Source: Promethearchaeota archaeon (GTDB lineage Archaea; Asgardarchaeota; Lokiarchaeia; Sigyniarchaeales; SOKP01). Taken from it: 30,472 nt of DNA. The DNA is taken from the NCBI GenBank assembly GCA_019058015.1, contig JAHLWH010000205.1, forward strand, positions 1-30,472, in the 5' to 3' direction. Under the pieces are notes generated by a model. It had not been told where the DNA came from. It saw only the letters and a list, made by a program, of their open reading frames with translations, and did not search any database. Within the stretch, counting starts at the first letter, position 1, and each line of letters opens with the position of its first letter. The position numbers and the translations under genes are program-made. Positions 9,905-18,776 of the stretch are shown here, piece by piece.

Positions 9905-10735
9905 ATGAGTAAAAAAGGAAAGAGAGAAAGAAAAAAGGCCGATACTTGGAAAGAAAAAATTTGGTACGATGTTTATGCCCCTAAATCTTTTAAAAATCAA
10001 TATATAGGTAAAATTGTAGGAAAGAATACAGACTTTATTTTAAATCGAACAATAGAAACCTTATTATATGATTTTACGCGGGATTTTCATGATATTACTA
10101 CTATCTTGCGCTTTAGAGTTATAAAAGTTGAGGGAAATAGATGTGAAACATATCTTGTTGGGCATCAATTGACAAAAGATTTCATTCGTTCATTAATTAG
10201 AAAAGGAGTTTCAAAGGTTCAAATGATAAATAATTATAAAACAGTAGATAATTACATTTATCGTATTACTAGTGTTTGCACAACAATTCAAAAGGCTAGA
10301 TCCAGTCAGATCATTACAATCAGGCGAATTATAGATGACATTTTGAATACTTTTGCCAGAGATCTAAAGCATGAGAAATTTATTCGAGGTATGATATATG
10401 GAGAATTTTCACACCAAATAAAAAGGGTTGCAAAAACGATATATCCACTTTTCGAAGCAATAATTATTAAATCAAAACTGATCTCCTCACCTAGTCTGGA
10501 GGATCAAGAAGCACCTCCAAAAGAAGAAGATTTTGAAATTGTTGAACCTGAAATTAGAAGGACAGTAAAATCTCAAATTGCAAGAGCTAAAAGAGTTAAT
10601 GTTCAGAAGTTAACATATAAGAAGCAAAGAGCGGAAAGAGCGAAAGCTAAAGGTCAACAGAACATGAAACAAGAAGTATCTGATGAAAAGATTGAAGAGA
10701 AAGTCAATAAAGAAATAGTTGAAGTTGAAAAATAA
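9905..10735 (+). CDS. rps3ae: 30S ribosomal protein S3Ae (eS1) with C-terminal extension
   Basis: DTWKEKIWYDVYAPKSF, RTIETLLYD, LTKDFIRSLIRK and KTIYPL. Confidence 0.95.
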   Translation: MSKKGKRERKKADTWKEKIWYDVYAPKSFKNQYIGKIVGKNTDFILNRTIETLLYDFTRDFHDITTILRFRVIKVEGNRCETYLVGHQLTKDFIRSLIRKGVSKVQMINNYKTVDNYIYRITSVCTTIQKARSSQIITIRRIIDDILNTFARDLKHEKFIRGMIYGEFSHQIKRVAKTIYPLFEAIIIKSKLISSPSLEDQEAPPKEEDFEIVEPEIRRTVKSQIARAKRVNVQKLTYKKQRAERAKAKGQQNMKQEVSDEKIEEKVNKEIVEVEK

Positions 10736-10741
10736 ACTAAC

Positions 10742-12031
10742 TCAATCGATTTGTTTTTTGAGGATAATATTTTTAAAATCAGCATAATATACTGATTTTG
10801 GGGGAATATCTTCATTCACCATAGTATGTGCTCCAACTAAAACATCATTTTCGATCTTTACCCCACACATTATACTAGAATTTATACCAATCTTGACGTT
10901 ATCGCCAATAATTGTACCCATTTTCCTCCTTTTAGTATCTATTATTTTTCCCTCAATATTCATTCTAACAGATCTTTCAGTTAATTTCAAATTAGCAATT
11001 TTCGTTCCAGCACCAAAATTTACCCTACTCCCAATAATAGAATCTCCTGAGTAATTATAGTGTGGTAAATTTGTATTTGACATAATTATTGAATTTTTTA
11101 TTTCACTTGAGTTTCCAATATGACAATTATTACCAATTGTAGAATAGGGTCTTAAGTGTGAGTTTGGACCAATGATGCATCCTTCACCAATAAATACAGG
11201 ACCCTCAATGTAAGTCCCAGACATTATTCTTGAGTTTTCCCCAATACTTACCTTACCCTTAATATTCACATTATCCTCTATAACTCCTTCAATTCTACCC
11301 TCAAGTTTGCCCAGTATGAACTTATTGGCGTCCAATAATTGCCAAGGAAGCCCAATATCGCTCCAAAAAAATTTACTTAAATTATATCCGTGGATTTTAG
11401 CACCATTCTTAATCATTATTTTAATGGAATCTGTTATTTCATATTCACCTCGAATAGATTTCTCAGTTTGATCAATTGCATCAAATAATTTTGAATTAAA
11501 TATATAGATCCCAGCATTAGCCATATTTCCAACGTCAGATCCTTTAGGTGGTTTCTCAATAATATCTGTTGCATAACCTTGCTCATCTAGAGTAATAATA
11601 CCAAAGTTCTCAGGATTTTCAACGCCAAAAAGTGTGATTATCCCATCGTAATTACCTTCTTGAAATGATTTAACTACATCAATAAAAACTTGCTCATCAG
11701 TTAGGACATCGCCATTCATCAATAAAAAAGGTTCATTTTCCACAAAATTCTGACAATATTTGGCAGCATGGGCTGTACCAAAACGCTCCTCTTGAATAAG
11801 ATACTTGATTTTTACTCCAAATTTATTTTGCCCATCTCCAAAATATTCCTTTATCATTTCATTTTTATAGCCAACAATTAAAAGAATTTCTTTAATATCA
11901 GTATTTTTAATGTTATTTATAGAATGTTCAAGTAACGGAGTACCCCCAATTGGTATCAACGGTTTAGGTCTTGTATTTGTAAGTGGTCTTAATCGTTTAC
12001 CTATTCCAGCTGCTAAAATAACTGCTTTCAT
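10742..12031 (-). CDS. glmU: Bifunctional sugar-1-phosphate nucleotidylyltransferase/acetyltransferase (archaeal GlmU-like)
   Basis: ILAAGxGxRLRPLT..RPKPL, EKP, RGEYEITD and WSDIGLPWQLL, followed by a hexapeptide beta-helix with PHYNYSGDSIIG and NFGAGT. Confidence 0.92.
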   Translation of the reverse strand: MKAVILAAGIGKRLRPLTNTRPKPLIPIGGTPLLEHSINNIKNTDIKEILLIVGYKNEMIKEYFGDGQNKFGVKIKYLIQEERFGTAHAAKYCQNFVENEPFLLMNGDVLTDEQVFIDVVKSFQEGNYDGIITLFGVENPENFGIITLDEQGYATDIIEKPPKGSDVGNMANAGIYIFNSKLFDAIDQTEKSIRGEYEITDSIKIMIKNGAKIHGYNLSKFFWSDIGLPWQLLDANKFILGKLEGRIEGVIEDNVNIKGKVSIGENSRIMSGTYIEGPVFIGEGCIIGPNSHLRPYSTIGNNCHIGNSSEIKNSIIMSNTNLPHYNYSGDSIIGSRVNFGAGTKIANLKLTERSVRMNIEGKIIDTKRRKMGTIIGDNVKIGINSSIMCGVKIENDVLVGAHTMVNEDIPPKSVYYADFKNIILKKQID

Positions 12032-12134
12032 TTGAAATTCACAAATTAGATTATATAAGAAAAATTAAATTGAATACTATTAAAAATAATCCTTATTAAA
12101 AAAACAGTTATAGTTAATACCTATAAAAATAATA

Positions 12135-13028
12135 TTATTTATTCACATATAACACAATTTGCTCAATATCACTATTGAGATCTTTGTAAGGCTTTAAATC
12201 TCCGTTGAAATTATTTTGTAATACTTCATATTTAGAAAGAGTGTTTAGAAGTTCATCAAATATTTTCTGAATTTGAAAATAATTTCCTGTTCCTACCATC
12301 TCCACTGTATAACCATTTATTTCCCCAAAAAGAGAGTATTTAAAAGAGTTTTCTTCAATATCCTTGATATGAATAGATTTCAGATGATAATTTGCCTTAA
12401 TCAGAGCATTTACTGCGATAGTAGATAGTTTTGAGGAAAAATTAGAAATAAAAATCTCTCTCTTTTCATCATTAACTTTGAAATCCAAATTTTTAAATAA
12501 AGAATTATTAAATAGTTTATAAATAATGGGAAGTCCATTAGCTGATATTCCACAATAGATTATTTTATTTTCTTTAAAATCATTATACATCGCATCTACT
12601 TCAAACCATTCATTATCAAAGAGTTCTTCATATTCTTTTAAAATGAAATCAACAATATTTTCAATAATCGTCTTAAATAATACCTTTTTGTGAGCTTGTT
12701 TCAAGATTTCTATTGATTTGTAATATATCTCAACTTTATTCTGAAAGTCTCTTAATAATTCATAGCACTTTATTGAAAATTCACTAAATTCTCCAATCAT
12801 GCAAAAAAACAATTGGTCTCCATTTAACACGATATGTTTTATAATAATAGTTTCTCTTTTGGAATGAACTGATTCCAATGCGATTTTATGTAATCGCCAA
12901 GTATTCTTAGGGTTTATATTTGTCAGCAAATCTTTTAAATACAAAATAATCTCAAATGTATTATATCTACTTTTATCTGAGCAGTAAATAATATTATTGT
13001 TTAAAATTATAGAAAATTCAGTAATCAT
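12135..13028 (-). CDS. Hypothetical protein with two putative longin-like domains
   Basis: Two segments with a beta-beta-alpha-beta-beta-beta-alpha-alpha hydrophobic pattern. The second begins IIYCGISANGLPIIYKLF and ends FNGDLKPYKDL. The fold call is by pattern only. Confidence 0.55.
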   Translation of the reverse strand: MITEFSIILNNNIIYCSDKSRYNTFEIILYLKDLLTNINPKNTWRLHKIALESVHSKRETIIIKHIVLNGDQLFFCMIGEFSEFSIKCYELLRDFQNKVEIYYKSIEILKQAHKKVLFKTIIENIVDFILKEYEELFDNEWFEVDAMYNDFKENKIIYCGISANGLPIIYKLFNNSLFKNLDFKVNDEKREIFISNFSSKLSTIAVNALIKANYHLKSIHIKDIEENSFKYSLFGEINGYTVEMVGTGNYFQIQKIFDELLNTLSKYEVLQNNFNGDLKPYKDLNSDIEQIVLYVNK

Positions 13029-13309
13029 TAATAATTTCCCAAATAACTGTTTTTAAGAATTTAACCTTATATCCTCACAATTAAATATACTTCACATTTT
13101 ATGGTAATTTAATTTTGATAAAAATTAATCAATATGTTCTATTGCAAAAAACTAATCAATTCTACCTTTAATTTAAATACATCAAGATCAGAAATAATTG
13201 AAATTACAGAAATTAATAAGTAAAACTTCTTACAAAAAATTATAAAATTCATTTTTAATTCATTATAATTTTTCCTTAAATATCCCTTGTAAAATTTTGG
13301 TATTATACT

Positions 13310-14968
13310 ATGACTGAGAAATTTAAATGGTGGATGAAAACTGTTGTATATCAGATTTATCCCCGATCATTTAAAGATACAACCGGTAATGGAATTGGAG
13401 ATCTGCAAGGAGTTATTGAAAAATTAGATTATTTACAAGAATTGGGTATAGAAACTATTTGGTTTAGCCCTTTTTTTAAATCACCTCAAGCAGATCATGG
13501 ATATGACATAACAGACTTTTGTGATATTGCTCCGGAATATGGATCAATGTCTGATTTTGATAAATTATTAAAAGAAATGCACGATAGAGACATGAAAATG
13601 GTATTGGATTTCGTTTTAAATCATACATCTGTTGAGCATCCTTGGTTTAAAGAATCTGCATCAAGTAGGGATGACCCAAAACGTGATTGGTATATATGGC
13701 GTGATGGTAAAAAATCAGGTGGTAAAAAACCTCCTAATAATTGGAAAACAATGACTGGAGGATCTGCTTGGTTATACTATGATAATACAGATCAATGGGT
13801 TTATTTCCACTTTTTACCTAGTATGATCGATTTAAATTACCGAAATCCTGAAGTAAAAAAGACAATGTTTAATGTCATGCGATTTTGGTTGGATAAGGGA
13901 GTTGATGGGTTTCGATTAGATATATTGCATGCAATTTACGAAGATGAGCAGTTAAGAAATGACACTTTTACTTGGCAAATATTACCTTCCGATAAAAATA
14001 CCGCTACTTTATTTAGAACGCATAAATACGATTTAAATCTACCAGAAACTTACGATTTTGCCATGGAATTAAGAAAAGTTATGGATGAATATGAACCTGA
14101 GAGATTCCTAGTGGGAGAAGTTGATGGAACCGTAGAACAATTGAAAAAATATTATGGTCCTAAAAATAATGGATTACATATGTTATTTTTATTCGAATTT
14201 ACATCTACACCTTTTAATCCCTATAAATACGCAGATATAATAAATAGAATTGAAAAAAATTTTCCTTTTCCTTATACACCAACTTATGTTTTTGGCAATC
14301 ATGACCGTATGAGATTTATTTCTATCCTAAATGAAAATGTACAAAAAGCAAAACTCGCTGCAACTATGCAATTAACTTTGCGTGGTGTCCCATTCATTTA
14401 TTACGGCGAAGAAATTGGTATGCCAAATACTAAATTTAAGCTTAGAACGAGTCAAGACCCAATTGGTCGGAAATTTTCATGGATTCCAATATCTCAAATT
14501 AAAATCTTGGGATTTTCATTAACACGTGATGGATGTCGAACTCCCATGCAATGGACTGATAAATTTAACGCTGGTTTTTCTCCAGAAAATTGTGAAACGT
14601 GGTTGAGAGTATCTGATTCATATAAAAAAATTAATGTTGCTAGAGAAATAAAAAATCTCGGGTCACTATTAAATTGTTATAGGCGATTATTGAAAATTAG
14701 AAGAGAAAATATCATATTACAAGAAGGAAAATTTGAATTTATAGAAATGAAAAATTTAAAAAAGAAGTGTTTAGCATACCGTAGAATTCATAATAATCAA
14801 GAAATATTCATATATCTCAATTTTTCAAAAGATTTCTTGAAATTGGATTGTCCTGTAAAAAAACCTACTTTATTATTTTCCACATTGGCTAATAGGGTCG
14901 CATTAAATGTGAATTCCAACAATAATATTATGAAATTAACGCCATTTGAAGGAATAATCTTCTCCTAA
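13310..14968 (+). CDS. GH13 alpha-glucosidase/oligo-1,6-glucosidase (cytoplasmic)
   Basis: WW..VVYQIYPRSF.D..GNGIGDL and DFVLNH, catalytic GFRLD, GE and NHD motifs intact, RDGCRTPMQW. No signal peptide. Confidence 0.95.
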   Translation: MTEKFKWWMKTVVYQIYPRSFKDTTGNGIGDLQGVIEKLDYLQELGIETIWFSPFFKSPQADHGYDITDFCDIAPEYGSMSDFDKLLKEMHDRDMKMVLDFVLNHTSVEHPWFKESASSRDDPKRDWYIWRDGKKSGGKKPPNNWKTMTGGSAWLYYDNTDQWVYFHFLPSMIDLNYRNPEVKKTMFNVMRFWLDKGVDGFRLDILHAIYEDEQLRNDTFTWQILPSDKNTATLFRTHKYDLNLPETYDFAMELRKVMDEYEPERFLVGEVDGTVEQLKKYYGPKNNGLHMLFLFEFTSTPFNPYKYADIINRIEKNFPFPYTPTYVFGNHDRMRFISILNENVQKAKLAATMQLTLRGVPFIYYGEEIGMPNTKFKLRTSQDPIGRKFSWIPISQIKILGFSLTRDGCRTPMQWTDKFNAGFSPENCETWLRVSDSYKKINVAREIKNLGSLLNCYRRLLKIRRENIILQEGKFEFIEMKNLKKKCLAYRRIHNNQEIFIYLNFSKDFLKLDCPVKKPTLLFSTLANRVALNVNSNNNIMKLTPFEGIIFS

Positions 14969-14982
14969 TTATTATTATCAAT

Positions 14983-15028
14983 GAAAAGAGTTTAAATAAG
15001 TTATTTACTTATATAAGTAAATAGGTGA
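14983..15028 (+). promoter_or_regulatory. Archaeal promoter (BRE-TATA), 22-bp palindromic operator and SD upstream of the MNT-HEPN pair
   Basis: Purine-rich GAAAAGAG (14983-14990), then TTTAAATA (14991-14998), a perfect palindrome TATTTACTTATATAAGTAAATA (15002-15023) and GGTGA (15024-15028) 7 nt before the TTG at 15036. Confidence 0.75.
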
Positions 15029-15035
15029 TGTTTAA

Positions 15036-15773
15036 TTGAAATGGCTGCCAAAGTGGGTTGGAAAGGTATATTCGAAATTATGGGCTGAATTTAGAGAAAA
15101 TCTATTTTTTTTTGAAGATGCCAATAAGATTTTGGGAAAAACCACCCCAAATTATTTAAGTGAGTTAAAAAAAGCTCAAGCATTATTTATTTTTAAAAGA
15201 AAAACAAGGAAAAGAATATATCGGCTTGTTCCACCAAACTTATTTTCATTTGCTATTGCCAATAATATAGATCTAGGATGGTTAAAGCAAGGAAGATATT
15301 CCAACATAATCTTATTAGTTTTTTTAAAATTAAAGGATTTTTTTGGTTCTGATTTTTTAAGCCTAGGAATTTTTGGCTCTATAGCTAAAAATATGGCAAA
15401 AAATGACAGTGATATTGATTTTTTTGTAATACTTAAAGACTTGCCAGATAGTATAGGTGAACGAATAAATTTACTTGTAGAGATTGAAGATGCTAAAGAA
15501 ATCAAAGATGAATTAACTTTCTTAAATAAAAACTCAATTTATCCACATTTTAGTTATCATATACGTAAAAAGGATGAATTAGGTTTAAATTTCTTTATAA
15601 TTGATATGGCTTTTGATTTAAAAATTATCTACGATTCTTTAAAGATATTGGAAAATTTCTTATTTGAAATAAATAAAAAAATTAGAGAAAAACATATCCA
15701 AAGAAAATATTTAGATAAAGAGCGCTATTATTTAGATTTAAATATTTCTTTTGGAGAGGTATTTAAGTTTTGA
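15036..15773 (+). CDS. Minimal nucleotidyltransferase (MNT) with N-terminal winged-HTH-like domain; putative antitoxin
   Basis: Pol-beta superfamily motif FGSIAK....DSDIDFFVI. The N-terminal ~70 aa (FFFEDANKILG..YLSELKKAQALFIFKRKTRKRIYRL) look like a wHTH with wing. TTG start with SD. Confidence 0.85.
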   Translation: MKWLPKWVGKVYSKLWAEFRENLFFFEDANKILGKTTPNYLSELKKAQALFIFKRKTRKRIYRLVPPNLFSFAIANNIDLGWLKQGRYSNIILLVFLKLKDFFGSDFLSLGIFGSIAKNMAKNDSDIDFFVILKDLPDSIGERINLLVEIEDAKEIKDELTFLNKNSIYPHFSYHIRKKDELGLNFFIIDMAFDLKIIYDSLKILENFLFEINKKIREKHIQRKYLDKERYYLDLNISFGEVFKF

Positions 15774-16189
15774 ATCAAATAGATTTGGCTAAGGATCATC
15801 TAAATGAATCTCAATTTAGATTTGAGGTTGCTGAACATATTTATAATAAAAATGGTTATGCATTTTGCGTTCGAATATGTCAAGAAGCTGTAGAATTTGC
15901 CTTAAAAGCAGCTTTAAGGCTTATTGGTGTGGATCCTCCTAAATGGCATGATGTAGGTCCATTTTTAAAAGAAAAAATGGAAAGTTATCCTGAATGGTTT
16001 CAAAATAAAATTACCGAATTAGCATTAATTTCAAAGCTGTTAGCTAGTAAAAGGGAGCCCTCGATGTACGGTGATGAGAGAACTAATAAATCTCCTTCAA
16101 GTATGTTCAATAAATCAGATGCAAAAAACGCTTTAAAAAGTGCCGAAATATGTTTAAAAAATGTCAAAGAATTATTTCACCAAATATAA
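15770..16189 (+). CDS. HEPN domain protein (putative toxin partner of MNT)
   Basis: CQEAVEFALKAAL, PPKWHDV, REPSMYG and DAKNAL..AE. Overlaps the MNT stop by 4 nt (TTGA), implying translational coupling. Confidence 0.9.
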   Translation: MNQIDLAKDHLNESQFRFEVAEHIYNKNGYAFCVRICQEAVEFALKAALRLIGVDPPKWHDVGPFLKEKMESYPEWFQNKITELALISKLLASKREPSMYGDERTNKSPSSMFNKSDAKNALKSAEICLKNVKELFHQI

Positions 16190-16262
16190 TATGATTAATT
16201 ATCTATAGTGTATTTTTTTTATGTAATTAGTAATTCTAAATAAAAATCTTTTTGAGGATATT

Positions 16263-17051
16263 ATGGATAAGCAAGCAGTTTTAATATATATCGCAAAATT
16301 AGCAAAAATGATAATCGATGCAAAACAAACAACCGTTTTGACAGGAGCTGGTATCTCAACTGAAAGTGGAATCCCAGATTTTCGAAGTCCGGGTGGTCTA
16401 TGGGAAAAATATGCTCCAGAGATTTATGCTAATATTCATAGTTTTTTAAAGAACCCTACCAAATTTTGGGAGATGGCAGAAAAAATAGCTCCAAACATTT
16501 TTAACGCTAAACCCAATTCTGCCCATTATGCATTAGCAGAACTAGAAAAAATGAACATGATTAAAGCCATTATCACACAAAATATTGATGGACTTCATCA
16601 AAAAGCTGGATCTTTTATAGTTTATGAAGTTCATGGAAATATCGAGCGCCTTATTTGTTTAGGTTGTAGATCTTCTTATCCCAAAAAACAAGTCATAAAG
16701 CAACTTAAAAAAGAAAAGAATTATCCTCCAATATGTGATATGTGCGGAGCTCCTTTAAAGCCTTCAGTCGTTTTATTTGGAGAGGACTTGCCTAAGTTTG
16801 AATTTTATCAATCTCATGCACTTTCTGAAAAATCAGATTTAATGATTGTAGCGGGTTCTTCCTTAGAAGTTGCACCTGTAAGTGAATTCCCAAATTTAAC
16901 TATTAAATATGGAGGCAAATTGGTAATTATCAATGATATGCCAACACATATGGATAAAAAAGCTGAATTGGTTATTATAGGTAAATTAGGCACCGTTCTT
17001 CCACTTGTTGTTAAAAAAGTTAAGGAATTGCTAAAAAATAAGAATAATTAA
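16263..17051 (+). CDS. cobB: Sir2/CobB NAD-dependent protein deacylase
   Basis: TGAGISTESGIPDFR, TQNIDGLH, EVHG, zinc finger CLGC..CDMC, PSVVLFGE and GSSL.V.P. Confidence 0.95.
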   Translation: MDKQAVLIYIAKLAKMIIDAKQTTVLTGAGISTESGIPDFRSPGGLWEKYAPEIYANIHSFLKNPTKFWEMAEKIAPNIFNAKPNSAHYALAELEKMNMIKAIITQNIDGLHQKAGSFIVYEVHGNIERLICLGCRSSYPKKQVIKQLKKEKNYPPICDMCGAPLKPSVVLFGEDLPKFEFYQSHALSEKSDLMIVAGSSLEVAPVSEFPNLTIKYGGKLVIINDMPTHMDKKAELVIIGKLGTVLPLVVKKVKELLKNKNN

Positions 17052-17067
17052 AGTCAATAATATTATA

Positions 17068-18711
17068 ATGGAATATCTTATTGAAGAGCAAAATATTGTT
17101 AAAAAAGATTGGAGAACAATAAAATTATCATTTGCTTTAATATATCCGAATGTTTATCGCATTGGAATGTCTAGTTATTCTATACATCTCATTTATTCAT
17201 TATTAAATTCAAGAGAAGATATTGTATGTGAAAGATTTTTTCTACCTGAAAATATTAGATACCCTGCTTCTCAAGATAAAAATGTTAATATGGGGAGAAT
17301 TTTCAGTATAGAAAATCGAATTTTATTAAAAGAGTTTGATATTTTAGGATTTTCAATTCAATTTGAAAATGATTATAGAAATCTTCTTTGGATTTTGGAA
17401 GCAGCAGGAATTCCTCTAAGAACCAAGGAACGAAGTGAAGAATTTAAAGAAAAGGGAATAATTTATCCTTTAATAATTGCTGGTGGACCTTGTGCAACTT
17501 CAAATGCAATGGTTTTATCGGAATATATTGATTTATTTTTTATTGGTGATATTGAGCCAAATTTAAATGAGTTTTTGGACTTAACAATAGAAATAAAAGA
17601 AGAATTTGTAAATTTGAATAATAACTTAGAAGTTTTTCGAAAAATCAATGGTATATTTATCCCTTTGATAAAAAATAATTGTAAAAGAACAATCTTAATA
17701 AATTTAGATGAATCAAAAACGCCTTTATTACAAATTAAATCAATTTTTGATCTACCAATAACCAATCGAAAAGGTGGCAAGAAACAAAAGGGATTAGCTT
17801 TTGGTGATACATATCTACTGGAAATAAATCGTGGATGTCCATTTAATTGTAAATTTTGTATCTCATGTCATCATAACAAACCCTTTAGAAATAAGAGTTT
17901 TGAAGATATTATTAAAACGATTGACAAAGCCAAAGAACTGCAGAAGATAAAAAAATTTACTTTTATTGGCTCCTGTGTGACAAGCCATCCGAATTTTATT
18001 GAGATTTGTAATTATTTATTGAAAAATAACATAGAATTTATGATACCATCAATTAGGATTGATCATATTACCAAGAGATTAATTGGGATTTTAGAGAAAG
18101 GAAATATCAAAACAATAACAATAGCTCCTGAAACTGGTTTCAATAATCTTAGATATTCTATAGGAAAAAAGATTTCTAATGAACAAATAATAGAAGCCGC
18201 TAAAATTATAAGAAATTCAACTATTAAGAATATAAAATTTTATTTTTTAATTGGCTTGCCAGACGAATGGGAGAATGAAGCTGATGCTATTGTGGAATTA
18301 ATGACAGTTATCAGTGAATTAGGTTTTGAAAAAGATTCTTTAAAAGTCAATGTAAATCCTTTTATCCCTAAATTAAATACTCCTTTTCAAATCTATACAG
18401 ATTATTTTTTTAAAGCTAATTTAATGAGCATAAAAAGTAAATTTGAAAAAATTCAAAATGGAATTAGCAAAATACCTTCAGTAAAATTAAAAATAAAAAA
18501 TATTAAAAAAATAATAAATGAAGCAGTAATACAAACTCTTTTTTCTTTGGGGGATATTGAAGTCTCAAAATTATTATTGGATTATTATCATTATGGTGCA
18601 ACCTTTGGGGCGTTAAAAAGAGTGGTAAAAGAATCAAAATTTTCATTTGATACATATTTTGAAAAGATTAAAGAAGGATACGGTCCTTTGCCACCTTCGT
18701 GTTCAATTTGA
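17068..18711 (+). CDS. Radical SAM protein with N-terminal B12-binding-like domain (function unknown)
   Basis: CPFNCKFC (CxxxCxxC), YPNVYRIGMS, FDILGFS..FE, AGGP, TIAPETG, YFLIGLP and FIPKLNTPFQ. Confidence 0.9.
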   Translation: MEYLIEEQNIVKKDWRTIKLSFALIYPNVYRIGMSSYSIHLIYSLLNSREDIVCERFFLPENIRYPASQDKNVNMGRIFSIENRILLKEFDILGFSIQFENDYRNLLWILEAAGIPLRTKERSEEFKEKGIIYPLIIAGGPCATSNAMVLSEYIDLFFIGDIEPNLNEFLDLTIEIKEEFVNLNNNLEVFRKINGIFIPLIKNNCKRTILINLDESKTPLLQIKSIFDLPITNRKGGKKQKGLAFGDTYLLEINRGCPFNCKFCISCHHNKPFRNKSFEDIIKTIDKAKELQKIKKFTFIGSCVTSHPNFIEICNYLLKNNIEFMIPSIRIDHITKRLIGILEKGNIKTITIAPETGFNNLRYSIGKKISNEQIIEAAKIIRNSTIKNIKFYFLIGLPDEWENEADAIVELMTVISELGFEKDSLKVNVNPFIPKLNTPFQIYTDYFFKANLMSIKSKFEKIQNGISKIPSVKLKIKNIKKIINEAVIQTLFSLGDIEVSKLLLDYYHYGATFGALKRVVKESKFSFDTYFEKIKEGYGPLPPSCSI

Positions 18712-18722
18712 AAAAATATTAG

Positions 18723-18753
18723 ATAATATAAATAAATAATATAAATAAATATA
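18723..18753. repeat. Short AT-rich tandem repeat (13-bp unit ATAATATAAATAA, ~2.3 copies) between convergent genes
   Basis: 18723-18735 and 18736-18748 are identical. U-rich on the minus strand, so it may act as a terminator. Confidence 0.5.
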
Positions 18754-18776
18754 ACTATCAAACCAAATCCAATGTT

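Noticed and set aside
16263-17051. Sir2 next to MNT-HEPN as an anti-phage defence island
   Set aside because: It is a classical zinc-finger CobB-type deacylase with no fused defence domains, and it is separated from HEPN by 73 nt containing a U-tract.
18709-18711. Selenocysteine read-through at TGA stops (also 15771-15773 and 10742-10744)
   Set aside because: These TGAs fall at natural C-termini with no continuing homologous sequence after them.
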